DNA from: Thermoproteota archaeon
GTDB taxonomy: Archaea; Korarchaeota; JAOZGF01; JAOZFZ01
NCBI GenBank assembly: GCA_027492035.1
Contig: JAOZFT010000004.1
Coordinates: 224,001-288,000 of the forward strand
Direction of reading: 5' to 3'
Length of the DNA: 64,000 nucleotides
The position numbers and the translations under genes are program-made. Below are positions 8,315 through 19,464 of the stretch, piece after piece (position 1 is the stretch's first letter; each line of letters starts with the position of its first letter). The notes below the pieces were generated by a model. The model worked only from the letters and a program-made list of their open reading frames with translations. It was not told where the DNA came from and searched no databases.

Positions 8315-8605
8315 TTAGGCAGTGACTTGTTCCTTCTTTCTATCTTTTTCTGCCCTTATCTTTATTATACCTCTATGGACAGCACACCTTATACAAACAT
8401 ACTTAGTAACCTTATATCTAGGTACCCTCGACCCTTGCTTTATCAACTCTTTCTTTAACTGGTAATCAATTGGAGAGTACCAGAAAGTAACTTTCTTGAT
8501 CTTGTCAGCAGGCATCCTTCTTCCGCAAAAATCGCAAGTAAGATAGCCTGATCTACCTGTTCCGTGACCTTTAGATCTTCCGCCGCTTTTTCTTTTCTTA
8601 GGCAT
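8315..8605 (-). CDS. rps26e: 30S ribosomal protein S26e
   Basis: MPKKRKSGGRSKG, CDFCGR..PADK, CIRCAVHRGIIKIR. Confidence 0.95.
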   Translation of the reverse strand: MPKKRKSGGRSKGHGTGRSGYLTCDFCGRRMPADKIKKVTFWYSPIDYQLKKELIKQGSRVPRYKVTKYVCIRCAVHRGIIKIRAEKDRKKEQVTA

Positions 8606-8620
8606 TTTTTTCCCTCGAAG

Positions 8621-10060
8621 TTAGTAAGATTTACCCAGGAAAATATTAAACTTTGCTTTTTTCCCGCACAGAATACATTTTTTAGATGAGGTTTCTTTTT
8701 GTTTTTCTTCCCAGGGAAAGGGGAACCCAAACACTTTAGCGTTAGTTTTATCTTCTATATCTCTTCCACATTTCTCTTCTCCACACCACCAGGTCTTAAC
8801 TACGAATCCCCTACCAATCTTTTCAACAGCATCTCTCAAATCATGAACTTCAACGATCTTCTCTTGCATCCACTTATCAGCTTTTTCTTTTAATCCCTTT
8901 TGAATCTTATCAAGCAACTCCCTTATTTTTGTAACCAATATGTTTTCCTCAACTCTTACTTTCTGTCTATTATCTCTCCTCACCACCGTTACGCTTTGGT
9001 TGTTCACCTCCTCCATTCCGACTTCAATCCTTAAAGGTATCCCCTTCATTTCCCAAAAGTAAAACTTTGAACCTGGTGTTTCTTCTTCCCTAAAATCTTC
9101 TTTCACCCTGAAGCCTGACTTTAAAAGCTTGTTTTTAATTTTTAGTGAATAACCAAGAACCTTCTCTTTCCCTTCTTTGTAATAAATGGGTATTATCACG
9201 GCATGGTAAGGAGAGATGGAAGGAGGAAGTATTAAGCCGCGTTCATCGGAATGTATAGCAATTACAGCTGCTAAAGGCCGACTAGATATTCCATAACATG
9301 TTTGATAAACATACTCATGTGAACCGTCAGGCTTTAAATACTTAATTTCAAAAACTTTAGAAAAGTTTTGCCCTAAAAAATGTACAGTTCCTATTTGTAG
9401 CCTTTTTCCATTCGGCATAATTGTATCAAAGGCTACTGAGTATTCTGAACCAGCAAATTTATCCCATGCAGGCCTTTTCAAAACAAGGTAAGGTAAAGCT
9501 AACTCATCAAAAATCTTACTATAAACCTGGACAGCTTCCTTTATTTGCTCCTCTGTCTCTTGCCTTGTGGCATGAACAGTGTGAGCTTCTTTAAATGTCG
9601 TAACTTCTCTTACTCGGATAAGAGGACGTGTTGTTTTTGTTTCATACCTAAAAATGTTTACTACCTGGTAATATTTTATTGGTAAATCTTTGTAAGATCT
9701 AATCCATAAAGCATACATTGGGTAAATAGCTGTTTCGCTTGTAGGCCTTAATGCATACTTTATTTTCAATTTATCTTTCCCTCCATGGGTTACCCAGTAC
9801 ACTTCCTCCTCAAAAGCTGTAATATGTTCTGATTCCTTTCTTAGGTTCGTTTCAGGTATTAAAAGTGGGAAAAGAACTTCTTGATGCCCTGTTTCATTTA
9901 AGTATTTACGAATTATTTTTAACATGTTTTCTCGCATAAGGAAACCATAGGGTCTCCAAACCCCCATCCCTTTAATAGGATACCGGTAATCATATATCTC
10001 AGCTGTTTGCAGTATTTCATTAAACCACTCCATAAATTTGCTTTCCTTCTCAATAGCCAA
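8621..10060 (-). CDS. proS: Prolyl-tRNA synthetase (archaeal/eukaryotic type)
   Basis: [44 protein letters not shown]-terminal Zn domain ending KSY. Confidence 0.97.
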   Translation of the reverse strand: MAIEKESKFMEWFNEILQTAEIYDYRYPIKGMGVWRPYGFLMRENMLKIIRKYLNETGHQEVLFPLLIPETNLRKESEHITAFEEEVYWVTHGGKDKLKIKYALRPTSETAIYPMYALWIRSYKDLPIKYYQVVNIFRYETKTTRPLIRVREVTTFKEAHTVHATRQETEEQIKEAVQVYSKIFDELALPYLVLKRPAWDKFAGSEYSVAFDTIMPNGKRLQIGTVHFLGQNFSKVFEIKYLKPDGSHEYVYQTCYGISSRPLAAVIAIHSDERGLILPPSISPYHAVIIPIYYKEGKEKVLGYSLKIKNKLLKSGFRVKEDFREEETPGSKFYFWEMKGIPLRIEVGMEEVNNQSVTVVRRDNRQKVRVEENILVTKIRELLDKIQKGLKEKADKWMQEKIVEVHDLRDAVEKIGRGFVVKTWWCGEEKCGRDIEDKTNAKVFGFPFPWEEKQKETSSKKCILCGKKAKFNIFLGKSY

Positions 10061-10076
10061 GGCTACCTACCCTCTC

Positions 10077-10229
10077 CTATTCCCTCCCTAAAAGAATTTT
10101 TTCGGAACAAACAGGACAGAAAACTTTTTTTCTTCTCTTCCTGGGGTTAATGTAAAAAACTGAGTTACATTTTGGGCATTTCATTTCTTTTAATTCACCT
10201 TTCGACCTAACTTTTACAGTTATTAACAT
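10077..10229 (-). CDS. Small Zn-ribbon protein
   Basis: CPKC...CPVC; ATG 10229 follows GAGG; fills the gap between co-oriented genes. Confidence 0.6.
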   Translation of the reverse strand: MLITVKVRSKGELKEMKCPKCNSVFYINPRKRRKKVFCPVCSEKILLGRE

Positions 10230-10240
10230 GTTACTTCGCC

Positions 10241-11251
10241 TCAAGAAAGACCTCTTTTTCCAACAATTTTCCACAGTTCATCTTGAACAGGGGAAATCTC
10301 CATCCATCCATTGTTTCGCAGAATTTTTCTTCCTCTTTCTTTTTCTAACACTTCACCTATCACGGAACAAGGTATATTCATCGATAAAAATTCTTCTGTG
10401 ACTGTTTCAATTTTATTTTTAGGAATGGAAGCTATTACTACCCCTGAACTTATTAATTTTAATGGGTCAAGTTTTAGAGCTCGACATATTTCGCGTGTTT
10501 CTTCCAAAACCCTTATTTTATCCTCGTAAACCCTCAAACCAACGTTTGAAGCTTCAGCCATTTCCCACAAACCATTCAGTACTCCGCCTTCAGTGGGGTC
10601 ATGCAATGCATGACTATAATGAACTAGAACCCCTGCTTCCTTTAATACTGAAGTGTACCTTATTAAGTTTTTTGCTTTCTCAACAGTTTGAGGTGAAACC
10701 TTATTCATTAATAATTTGCTGTAGTCTCTTGCTAAAATAGCGGTTCCTTCTATTCCTGCATATTTCGTCATTAGAATGTAATCTCCAGTTTTGCAGTTTG
10801 AGGAAGGGGTTAGTTTGCTTGTTGTGGTAACCCCAACTACAGTAGCTACAATTGTCGGCTGGGTAACTGCAGAGGTTACCTCAGTGTGTCCTCCAATAAC
10901 TTTAACATTTATTTTTTCAGCATTTTCATGTATTTGCCTCATTACTTCACCTATTTCTTCAAGTTTTGAGTTTGGTGGAAACAAAAGAGTTACTAGAAGC
11001 CACTTCGGCACAGCCCCCATTACTGCTACGTCGTTAGCGTTTACATGTACCGCAAGACGACCTAGATCTTGTTTACTACCTGTTATAGGGTCCGTACTTA
11101 ATACTAGTACCTGGTTTTTCTCCTTTATTGCTGAAGCATCTAACCCTATACCTGGTGGTACCATTATCTCTTCTCCTTTTTTTGCAGCGTATTTCAGCAC
11201 TGCTTTCTTTAACTCTTGTGGTGACAGTTTCCCTCTTCTACCTTGTATCAT
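10241..11251 (-). CDS. AIR synthase-related (HypE/ThiL/PurM-like) protein
   Basis: LSTDPITG, HVNANDVA, IGGHTEVT, HDPTEGG motifs. Confidence 0.88.
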   Translation of the reverse strand: MIQGRRGKLSPQELKKAVLKYAAKKGEEIMVPPGIGLDASAIKEKNQVLVLSTDPITGSKQDLGRLAVHVNANDVAVMGAVPKWLLVTLLFPPNSKLEEIGEVMRQIHENAEKINVKVIGGHTEVTSAVTQPTIVATVVGVTTTSKLTPSSNCKTGDYILMTKYAGIEGTAILARDYSKLLMNKVSPQTVEKAKNLIRYTSVLKEAGVLVHYSHALHDPTEGGVLNGLWEMAEASNVGLRVYEDKIRVLEETREICRALKLDPLKLISSGVVIASIPKNKIETVTEEFLSMNIPCSVIGEVLEKERGRKILRNNGWMEISPVQDELWKIVGKRGLS

Positions 11252-11266
11252 TTTTAATCCTTCACT

Positions 11267-13249
11267 TCATCTTGAAAACTTCTCAACCAAAAAAAGCAAC
11301 AAAATTGTTGCTGTGGCATCATAAAGAAGTATTGAAAGATAGAAAAGTGTAGTATTTACTCTCTCTCTTTTTAACTGTTTCGAGATGTTTTCTGCTAATG
11401 GCGTCTTTGTCGCATTTATTTGAGGTAAATAGATTCTTTTCCCCAAGAATTTTTTTGTTTCAAGCAATACATTACTTAAAATAAGGGATCTTGTTAAGAA
11501 AATAAATGAATTCGTTGCATCCTCACATTTGTTCATAGACAAATAATTCTTGTAATAATTATTGCCGAATTCAAAATAAAGGATGGGTAATAAGGAATTT
11601 ACTCTGTTTTTAAGAGTTAACATGAACCATGCCACTGACTCATCCCTCAAATTCCCTAAGATATTCCGGGCATAGCTTTTATTCAGGCAAAGCGGATAAA
11701 AAATTTCTATTATCAACATGTTTGCATAAACAACTGCGTTCGCAGCTTCAATTAATGCAGTTGAGTACAACTTTTTATTTAGGGCAGTTTCAATTTCTTT
11801 GTTTCTGATGGCAATTTCCTCTCGGACAGAAACAGGCGGTTTTTGCCGTTTATATTCCTGAAGATATTCGTTCAATGTATTCAACGCGTAATCTAGCATC
11901 GTCCTGGCATATTTAACTTTTTGATTTATATATTCCTCCACTCTTTGTGGTTTATTTAATACAGGCAACACATACTTGCCACCTGTTTCGTTTACAAGTT
12001 GGGCAGCGAAATCAGCCCACCAAATAGCTGTCCTAGCCCTTTCTTTCACAAAAACTAATTGCCCAATAGCCTTTCCTATAGATTGGTTCATCAAGTCTAA
12101 TATTGTCGAGTTGTAAATTTCTGCTGCTTCAATTGCCCTCTCAAACGCTGTTGCGGAAGCTTGACCTGGTGTTGTTAGAAACATTTCTAACCCCTTTATC
12201 TTACTTGTTTTTTCCTCGATGTAACTCCACATATAACCAAGGAACTCCTTGTCTTCTTTAACTAGTTCAGAAAGGAATTTATCTTTATTTCCTGCATAGT
12301 AGTAGTTTATTAACATAGATAAGTTTTCAGCATCCAAAATAACTTGAAAGGAGTAACTTAGGGAAGTGTAGTACATACCTTCACATATGAACTGTGAGAT
12401 CTCTTGTATTTTCTTTGAAAGCGCATTTCTTTCCTTTTCAAGTTCCGTTAAATTTATTGGGAATCCATGTAGTTTCCTTTGCAGGTGTTCCAGTTTAAAA
12501 GATAAATTGTTAAATGCTTTTCGAGCCCTTGCTTCCATTTTTTCAGCTTCCTGTTTTAATAGGCATATAGGAATTTGATTCCCTGTTTTCCGGTATAAAA
12601 CAGTAGGTCTATGGATAATGTATCCTGTTAAGTGATAAAAAGCACTCAAAACATTTTTAACTGGGACAATGTCTAAACCTATTTCTTTTGATATTTTCTC
12701 TCCTTCTGCAGAATTAAGGAATGGAATGATAAGTTCTTTGAAACCATGCTCCTCCACTCCCTCAGCTTTATATTTTAGGAAACCGACAGGCCCTATGCTA
12801 CCGTCAGGATTTATACTTCCAGTTATAGCTGCATCATTCCTTATGGGAACTTTAAGTATTGCTGAAATTATTCCCACAGCTAATCCAGCCCCGCCACTTC
12901 CACCTTTTATAGATTCAGCCTTAGCTAAAATATTTATTTCAATGTCATACATGGACATATCTGCTTCCAAAACAAAACCTACAGCTTCTATTGCGGTGTA
13001 AATACTTGCATTCACGCTGGAAAAAATTTTTGATTCACTGTTTACCTTAACTTTACCGATGCCCGGTTTACGGACCTGAATAATAAATTTTGCAATATCT
13101 CCCCTCTTATGTTCCACGTCCACAGAAGGAACTGAAACTTCAACCCAGTAATTCTCACTATAACCTTGCAAATTTGAGAAGTAAAAAAGAGATAACATAA
13201 GGATAAAAAGCAGCAACAAAACTTGTGCTTTCTTTCCTTTGTAAAACAT
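11267..13249 (-). CDS. Membrane-anchored S16 (Lon-protease-domain) serine protease, archaeal type
   Basis: N-terminal signal/TM, GGSGGAGLA (Ser), ITGSINPDGSIGPVG..K (Lys), helical repeats, C-terminal TM. Start uncertain (ORF extends to 13342). Confidence 0.82.
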   Translation of the reverse strand: MFYKGKKAQVLLLLFILMLSLFYFSNLQGYSENYWVEVSVPSVDVEHKRGDIAKFIIQVRKPGIGKVKVNSESKIFSSVNASIYTAIEAVGFVLEADMSMYDIEINILAKAESIKGGSGGAGLAVGIISAILKVPIRNDAAITGSINPDGSIGPVGFLKYKAEGVEEHGFKELIIPFLNSAEGEKISKEIGLDIVPVKNVLSAFYHLTGYIIHRPTVLYRKTGNQIPICLLKQEAEKMEARARKAFNNLSFKLEHLQRKLHGFPINLTELEKERNALSKKIQEISQFICEGMYYTSLSYSFQVILDAENLSMLINYYYAGNKDKFLSELVKEDKEFLGYMWSYIEEKTSKIKGLEMFLTTPGQASATAFERAIEAAEIYNSTILDLMNQSIGKAIGQLVFVKERARTAIWWADFAAQLVNETGGKYVLPVLNKPQRVEEYINQKVKYARTMLDYALNTLNEYLQEYKRQKPPVSVREEIAIRNKEIETALNKKLYSTALIEAANAVVYANMLIIEIFYPLCLNKSYARNILGNLRDESVAWFMLTLKNRVNSLLPILYFEFGNNYYKNYLSMNKCEDATNSFIFLTRSLILSNVLLETKKFLGKRIYLPQINATKTPLAENISKQLKRERVNTTLFYLSILLYDATATILLLFLVEKFSR

Positions 13250-13428
13250 GGTTTCACCTTTCCTTGCGGTTACGCGTTTTTTCTCTAGATACAAAGAGAA
13301 AATGTACTCTAATTTATTTAAAATAAGTCTAAACAATACCATTATAATTGTTTTTTAAACAGTTTAGGAACGCTACCGGCCTTCCCCTTCAGCTTTTCCA
13401 GACCTGAAAGAGAGGAAAGGTTTTTTAC

Positions 13429-14013
13429 ATGTTAATAGATGAAAAATTCTCTTCAAGAAAGAAAAACATACTTAAACAGCTTAAACATGTAATAAATAAT
13501 CAGGAAACAGATTCTGACATAACCCCTTTATTAACTGAACTGAATAAAAAGGAAGGATACGTAACAACTTCCTCTTGCTCTGGAAGAACGATTCTGATCG
13601 AAATACCTCCTAAAAGCAAGAAAAAAGAGGCAAGAATTATTTGGAAGAAACATACATTAATCACCTTCTCAGAATTAAAGGAAGCAATTACGGGAATCAA
13701 AAGCGAGAAACCAATCTGGTTCATGACACAGCCCGTTATTCTTCATGTCCTTGTTAAAGATTTGGAACATGCCAAAAAAATAATTTTAGCTGCAAGAAAA
13801 GCAGGATTCAAGAAAGTAGGTGTGTTGAGTTTATCAGGGAAAATAGTGGTTCAAATAGAGGGGCATCACTTTATAAGTTTAAAAATAATGGATAAGGGCA
13901 ACTTGCTTGTAACTGACTACTACTTGAAGGATTTAGTGAAAGAAGCTAATAATAAACTCCATGAGATAAAAAGGTTTCTCGAAAGATTAATTGAGGAAAT
14001 TAAAAAGTTATAG
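13429..14013 (+). CDS. taw3: tRNA wyosine methyltransferase Taw3/Tyw3
   Basis: YVTTSSCSGR, WKKH and QPVILHV motifs. Confidence 0.92.
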   Translation: MLIDEKFSSRKKNILKQLKHVINNQETDSDITPLLTELNKKEGYVTTSSCSGRTILIEIPPKSKKKEARIIWKKHTLITFSELKEAITGIKSEKPIWFMTQPVILHVLVKDLEHAKKIILAARKAGFKKVGVLSLSGKIVVQIEGHHFISLKIMDKGNLLVTDYYLKDLVKEANNKLHEIKRFLERLIEEIKKL

Positions 14014-14032
14014 TGTAAGGTGACTCAGGGTA

Positions 14033-15757
14033 TTGAAAGAAATATTTGACTTAGTCATAGAGAACGCTTCTTTGGTTAACGTCCTTACAAGCGAAATCCA
14101 GGAAAACGTTTCATTAGCTATTAAAAAAGGCATTATACAACACCTATATTTTGGAAATGAATATGGAAAACTAAAAACTAAAAAGACGATTTCAGCTAAG
14201 AGCTCTTTTATAGCACCTGGTTTCATGGACGGCCATATACATATAGAAAGTTCAATGCTCTCACTGGTACGTTTCGCCCAAGTAGCTGTACCCCATGGAA
14301 CAACAGCAGTCTTTATCGACCCTCATGAAATAGCTAATGTTTTAGGTATGGGGGGGATTATGCTTTTCATAAGAGAAAGCCATGCTTTGCCACTAAAAGT
14401 TTTTGTTGAGGCTCCTTCCTGTGTGCCTGCAACTAAAGGATTAGAAACCTCAGGGGCAACTATTTCAGAGAAAGAAATTGAGGATTTACTTGATAGAAAA
14501 GAAATTATCGGGTTAGGAGAGGTTATGGACTTCCTTTCAGTAATTTCAAGGAACCCTGAAATAATGACGAAAATTTCTTCAGCTTTGGAAAGGAATAAAC
14601 CAGTGGAAGGCCATGCTCCAGGATTAATAGGTGAAGAACTTGACAAATACCTCTCCGCAGGGATTCAAAGTGACCATGAATCTACCTCAGGAAAAGAAGC
14701 ATTAGAGAAAATAAGGAAGGGGATGTGGTTAGAAATAAGGGAAGGAACAGTAATGAAGAACCTCCAAGAAATACTTCCGTATTTACTTAAAAAAGGGATT
14801 AGTTTGGAGAGGTGTTTACTGGTTTCAGATGACCGAGATGTAAATGACTTACTGGATAATGGACATTTGGATTACACCTTAAGAAAGGCAGTAAATGAAG
14901 GGTTAGATCCTGTGAAAGCAATAAAAATGGTTACAATAAACACAGCTTCAAGATTTCATCTTGAAAACAAGTTTGGCAGCGTCTCTCCAGGTAAAGTAGC
15001 CGATCTAGTTCTACTTAATGATTTGGAAAATTTCAGGGTTCTTAAAGTCATTGTGAACGGGGAAGTAGTAGCTGAGAATTATCAGTTAAGGAAGGAAGTG
15101 AAGGAAATCTATTACCCAGAATTCGCTTTAAAAACCATAAAAGCACCTGAAATAAAGGAGCAAGACCTGTACCTGAGGAAATCCAGTCTAGGAAAAAGAA
15201 CTAAAATTGTAGCTATACAAGTTAAAGAAGGAGAGGCTTATACTCGTAAATCTGTACAAGAAATAACGCTGGAAAACGGTGTAGCTCAGCCTTCAATTAA
15301 AAATGACGTTTTACCTATAGCTGTAGTTGAAAGGCATCATTACACTGGGAATATAGGCAAAGGGTTTATTAAAGGGTTACATTTGAAAGAAGGAGCATTA
15401 GCCACAAGCATAGGCCATGACGCCCACAACATCACTGTTACAGGTTGTTCATACAAAGAAATGGCTGAAGCAGTTGATGTTCTTAAGAAAATTTCGGGAG
15501 GTCTGGTGGCAGTTGGAAATGGGAAAGTTAAAAGTGTACCTTTACCACTAGCAGGTTTAATGAGTATAAAGGATCCTGTTGAAACAGGTAAAAAAATAGG
15601 TGAGATACTAAACTTTGTCAGGGGTCTAGGTTCTCCGTTGAAGAACCCCTTTACAGTTTTAAGCTTCATACCCCTCTCCGTTATACCCGAAATAAGATTG
15701 ACGGACAAGGGTTTAGTAGATGTGGCTGCCCGTAAAATTGTCAGTCCTTTCCTGTAA
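14033..15757 (+). CDS. ade: Adenine deaminase
   Basis: DGHIHIESSML, DPHEIANV, GEVMD, EGHAP, SDHE, HDAHN motifs. Confidence 0.95.
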   Translation: MKEIFDLVIENASLVNVLTSEIQENVSLAIKKGIIQHLYFGNEYGKLKTKKTISAKSSFIAPGFMDGHIHIESSMLSLVRFAQVAVPHGTTAVFIDPHEIANVLGMGGIMLFIRESHALPLKVFVEAPSCVPATKGLETSGATISEKEIEDLLDRKEIIGLGEVMDFLSVISRNPEIMTKISSALERNKPVEGHAPGLIGEELDKYLSAGIQSDHESTSGKEALEKIRKGMWLEIREGTVMKNLQEILPYLLKKGISLERCLLVSDDRDVNDLLDNGHLDYTLRKAVNEGLDPVKAIKMVTINTASRFHLENKFGSVSPGKVADLVLLNDLENFRVLKVIVNGEVVAENYQLRKEVKEIYYPEFALKTIKAPEIKEQDLYLRKSSLGKRTKIVAIQVKEGEAYTRKSVQEITLENGVAQPSIKNDVLPIAVVERHHYTGNIGKGFIKGLHLKEGALATSIGHDAHNITVTGCSYKEMAEAVDVLKKISGGLVAVGNGKVKSVPLPLAGLMSIKDPVETGKKIGEILNFVRGLGSPLKNPFTVLSFIPLSVIPEIRLTDKGLVDVAARKIVSPFL

Positions 15758-15775
15758 AAGCAGCATCTTTACAAG

Positions 15776-17143
15776 TTAGAAACAATTAATTATTGATTTT
15801 GGCAAAGCTTCCTTTAAACCTGGCTGCATCTCTAAAGCCTTAGAAATGAGGTTTCTCGCTTCCTTGTCAGCTTTCTCAATAATTTTTGTTTCATTCATTT
15901 TTGTGAGTTTCCCTTCCTCAACTACGATTTCCCCGTCGACAAATACAGTGTCTACGTCGTTTCCGTTTGCGGAATAAACAATAGATGCCTCTTCATTGAA
16001 ATGAGGCGTTAAATGTGATTTTTTAATGTCTATAATTGTAATATCTGCTTTTTTCCCTTTCTCTATAGACCCTATCGAATTACTTAACCCTAGCCTTTCA
16101 GCAGCTAAAGAAGTAACCATTTCTAAGGCTTGAGAAGCAGGAAATACGGTTTCAGAAGAATAAATTGTCCTTTGAGTCATAATTAATGTTCTTAACTCCT
16201 CAATTAAGTCTATATTGTCGTTAGTACATGGGGCATCTGTCCCTATTATTACAGGAACCCCTCTCCTCACTAACTCCGAAGAATTATATTTTAAACCGTT
16301 AAGGGCATATGTAGAGGGACAATGCACCACTGTAGCATTGCCTTTAACTAATAACTCAATGTCTTCCTTGTCTATAAAAGTGCAATGTACAGCTAACAAT
16401 CTTGAATTTAGAACACCTAACTTGTTAAGCAGGTCTATTGGGCTCCTAGCTCCTCCACCCCAGGGTCCTTTAACTTTATCTTCCTCTCTTTTTGTTTGAT
16501 GAACATGCATGTGAATCAATGTATCCTTTTCTTCAGCTAAATCCCTTATTTCTCGGAGCCATTCAGGGTACACTGTGTCAGGAGCATGAGGGGCAAAACA
16601 TGGAATCACTAAGTTGCTTTTTCCTTTCCATTTCTCGACGAAGGATACTCCTCTCCTGAATTCCTTCTCCCCAATCCAGGGACCATCTACACTCATGATC
16701 GTATGTCCTAAAACCCCTCTCAAACCTATTTTTGTTAAAGCTTCAGCTATTTTTTCCATAAAGAAGTAATGATCAACAACTGTGGTTACGCCAAATTTTA
16801 ATGCTTCGCTTCCACCAAGTAAGGCTGCGGCGTGAATGCCCTCAGGCGTCCAAGCTTTTTCAATGGGCCAATAAACATTATAAAGCACGTTGCTTAGGTC
16901 TGATGTGATCCCCCTTAAAAAGCACATAGCTATATGTGTATGCGAATCAATTAAACCAGGAATTGCTAGTTTCCCCTTTCCCTCTATCACCGAATCTACT
17001 GAACCTGGATTTTTAAATCTCGCCATTCTGTCGACATCAGTTATCTCATTGCCTTCCACCAAAATATAACCCTTCTCAATTTTTTTCTTTCCTTTATCCA
17101 TAGTTAAGATTCTTATGTTTCTAATGAGCTTTGTTTCACCCAA
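15776..17143 (-). CDS. Amidohydrolase (MTA/SAH deaminase-like)
   Basis: PGLIDSHTH, APHAP, HMHVHQ, AVHC, GTD, GSIEKGKKAD motifs. Confidence 0.85.
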   Translation of the reverse strand: MGETKLIRNIRILTMDKGKKKIEKGYILVEGNEITDVDRMARFKNPGSVDSVIEGKGKLAIPGLIDSHTHIAMCFLRGITSDLSNVLYNVYWPIEKAWTPEGIHAAALLGGSEALKFGVTTVVDHYFFMEKIAEALTKIGLRGVLGHTIMSVDGPWIGEKEFRRGVSFVEKWKGKSNLVIPCFAPHAPDTVYPEWLREIRDLAEEKDTLIHMHVHQTKREEDKVKGPWGGGARSPIDLLNKLGVLNSRLLAVHCTFIDKEDIELLVKGNATVVHCPSTYALNGLKYNSSELVRRGVPVIIGTDAPCTNDNIDLIEELRTLIMTQRTIYSSETVFPASQALEMVTSLAAERLGLSNSIGSIEKGKKADITIIDIKKSHLTPHFNEEASIVYSANGNDVDTVFVDGEIVVEEGKLTKMNETKIIEKADKEARNLISKALEMQPGLKEALPKSIINCF

Positions 17144-17267
17144 TTTTTTCCACTTCCTTCTTTCTCAAAAAAAGAATTTTTAAAAAGTAATTAAAGGAGA
17201 ATAGGTTGCTATTAAAGTTAATGTTTCTCGGTTTTAGGGAGAAGTAGAAAAAAAATTATAAGAAAGG

Positions 17268-18140
17268 TTGAGGGGAGTGAATCCTGTTTTGTTTTTGTTA
17301 GCTTTATTACAAGGGTTTTTAGAGTGGTTGCCTGTAAGTAGTGAAGGTCAAAGTATGCTTTTCCTTATCCAGCTTTTCCACATCCCTCCTGAAACAGCGT
17401 TTTCTCTTTCTATTTATTTCCATGCTGGAACTTTGCTGTCTGTCATCATTTATTTCAGGAGAATGATACTTAACCTCTTACATGCTTTCCTCCACTTAGT
17501 TCGTTCCTTGATTAAAGGAAAAATTTCCTTAAAGGAAGCTGGAACAGAAATTAATAGATTAGAAAGCAGAATGTTGCTTTTTCTGGCCGTAGGATCCTTT
17601 TCTACAGGTGCAACAGGTGTACCTTTGTTTTTTTTAATTAATGAGGGGATGTTGAATCTGAAAAGTGACATCATCTCCATCCTAATAGGGGGTCTCTTGA
17701 TTTTCAGTGGTTTATTGTTGCTTTTAACAAATAAGAAATATGGTTTAAGAAATTGTGAGGATGTAAGTGCTTTTCACGGCTTTATAGTTGGTTTACTTCA
17801 AGGAATAGCTATTTTACCTGGTATAAGCCGTTCAGGAATAACTATAAGCTCTTTGCTGTTTCTAAACTTTAATGAAGAAGCGTCACTTAAATTATCTTTT
17901 ATGCTCTCCATACCTGCAGTTATTGGGGCTATAGTTTCTGAATTTCTTTTCGGGGCTAAGGGTTTATTTGTTGAATTTCCTTTCCGAGAAATTTTGTTAA
18001 GCATCATATTAACTTGTTTAATAGGGCTGCTCTCTATATTTTTATTGCTTAAGATTTCCAGGAAAATAGGGTTCGTTTATTTTACTCTATTTATAGGTTT
18101 CTTAGCGGTTTTACTTAACCTACCTGCCATTTTCAAATGA
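17268..18140 (+). CDS. uppP: Undecaprenyl-diphosphate phosphatase (BacA/UppP)
   Basis: QGFLEWLPVSSEG, HAGT, LPGISRSGIT and SFMLSIP motifs. Confidence 0.93.
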   Translation: MRGVNPVLFLLALLQGFLEWLPVSSEGQSMLFLIQLFHIPPETAFSLSIYFHAGTLLSVIIYFRRMILNLLHAFLHLVRSLIKGKISLKEAGTEINRLESRMLLFLAVGSFSTGATGVPLFFLINEGMLNLKSDIISILIGGLLIFSGLLLLLTNKKYGLRNCEDVSAFHGFIVGLLQGIAILPGISRSGITISSLLFLNFNEEASLKLSFMLSIPAVIGAIVSEFLFGAKGLFVEFPFREILLSIILTCLIGLLSIFLLLKISRKIGFVYFTLFIGFLAVLLNLPAIFK

Positions 18141-18168
18141 GTACTAGTTGCAATAAATATATTACTCA

Positions 18169-19407
18169 TTAAATTGATTCAATCGCCTTTTTTATTTGGA
18201 AGTAGGGTAAATCATATTTTTCTCTTTTCCTTTCAAAGTAGATGATCGGTAAGTTGAATTTTTCAAAGAAGGACTTGAGTTTCTTGTCGATAAGGAAGAG
18301 CATCTTCAAATTTTGTTTTTTAGAGATTTCCTTAAGAACTTCGATTTTCTTTTCAATATATTCTTTCCTCCAATACCCAATTACTTCGAGATAGACCTCC
18401 TTGCCTTTATATTTTATTTTGAAGTCTGGAAGAAACACTTTATCGCCCACAGGTATGAGCCCTGGTTCTCTAATCAAAATTAGATCTTGAAGCGTTGAAA
18501 GGTTCCAGAAAAGCTGTTTCTCGACTTTGCTGTTGAAATCAAGAAACGTAAGTTGAGGCTGCCATAGAAGTGGTGGTGACGCACTATCAATTTTTAAAAC
18601 ATAATCCTTTCTGTTCAAATGAATGTGTGCTTTCAAAAGCCAAGGCTTGAAACTCTTCATTAAAGGGAATATCCCAACTAGTACCGAACCTATTTTCTCC
18701 CCATATTTCGTTGGTTTACTAAACAATTCATATGGCCCAGAAATTCTTAAAGTAACTGAGTTATGTTTGAGGAAGGTGTTGAACAGCAACCCCTTCCTTT
18801 TCACTCGGTAAATAACCTCTTTTAAAAGATGTCCTGAGCCCAAGTAACTTTTAGATTCTGTTGAAAAATTTAGTGTTATGGAAGAGCTGTGCCTGAGTAA
18901 CGAATTAAGAAGCATGAAATTGTAATACCCTATTACCTCTTCTGGTTTCGGCTCCTTTTTTTTCACTAGTTTTTCTTCATCTTTTTCAGTTGACCAAAGG
19001 AAATCCTCAAGTTCTTTTACGTTTAGGTCTAGATTCATTTCTTCAATGAATTGTTTTAGAAAGGAAAATCTCTCCTCTCTTCTAATAAAGCCTTTCTTTT
19101 CCAACGAGACTTTTCTGAAAAGCTTTTCTCTTAACAAAGAAGGGGACAGAAGATTTTGTTTATCCCTTGAAGCAGTGAATTCGAAAAAGTACATGGTTAA
19201 AGTTTTGAATAATCCAAGAGCTAATTTTTCGTCGCCTACTAAGCAACTGATCGCTGAAAAGTCAATGTTCTTTCTTTTTTTCCCTTCTTGAGAATTAAGA
19301 AAATCAATTAATAACTTCACAAGTTGTGAATGTGTTTTTAGAGATAGCCAAAGCGGGTAAATACCTCCTTTTCTTAATCTATATCTGACTAAGCCGCTTC
19401 CCAACAT
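18169..19407 (-). CDS. DUF790 family (Bax1-like) predicted nuclease
   Basis: ISGP.ELF..PTKYG, FNSKVEK, REP...FLPDF...YLEVIGYW.KEY PD-(D/E)xK-type motif. Confidence 0.85.
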   Translation of the reverse strand: MLGSGLVRYRLRKGGIYPLWLSLKTHSQLVKLLIDFLNSQEGKKRKNIDFSAISCLVGDEKLALGLFKTLTMYFFEFTASRDKQNLLSPSLLREKLFRKVSLEKKGFIRREERFSFLKQFIEEMNLDLNVKELEDFLWSTEKDEEKLVKKKEPKPEEVIGYYNFMLLNSLLRHSSSITLNFSTESKSYLGSGHLLKEVIYRVKRKGLLFNTFLKHNSVTLRISGPYELFSKPTKYGEKIGSVLVGIFPLMKSFKPWLLKAHIHLNRKDYVLKIDSASPPLLWQPQLTFLDFNSKVEKQLFWNLSTLQDLILIREPGLIPVGDKVFLPDFKIKYKGKEVYLEVIGYWRKEYIEKKIEVLKEISKKQNLKMLFLIDKKLKSFFEKFNLPIIYFERKREKYDLPYFQIKKAIESI

Positions 19408-19464
19408 CGCAGGTACTTCTTTTTTGCCTTTTTAACTTTTAAAGGGGGTGAAAGCGTTTTTCCT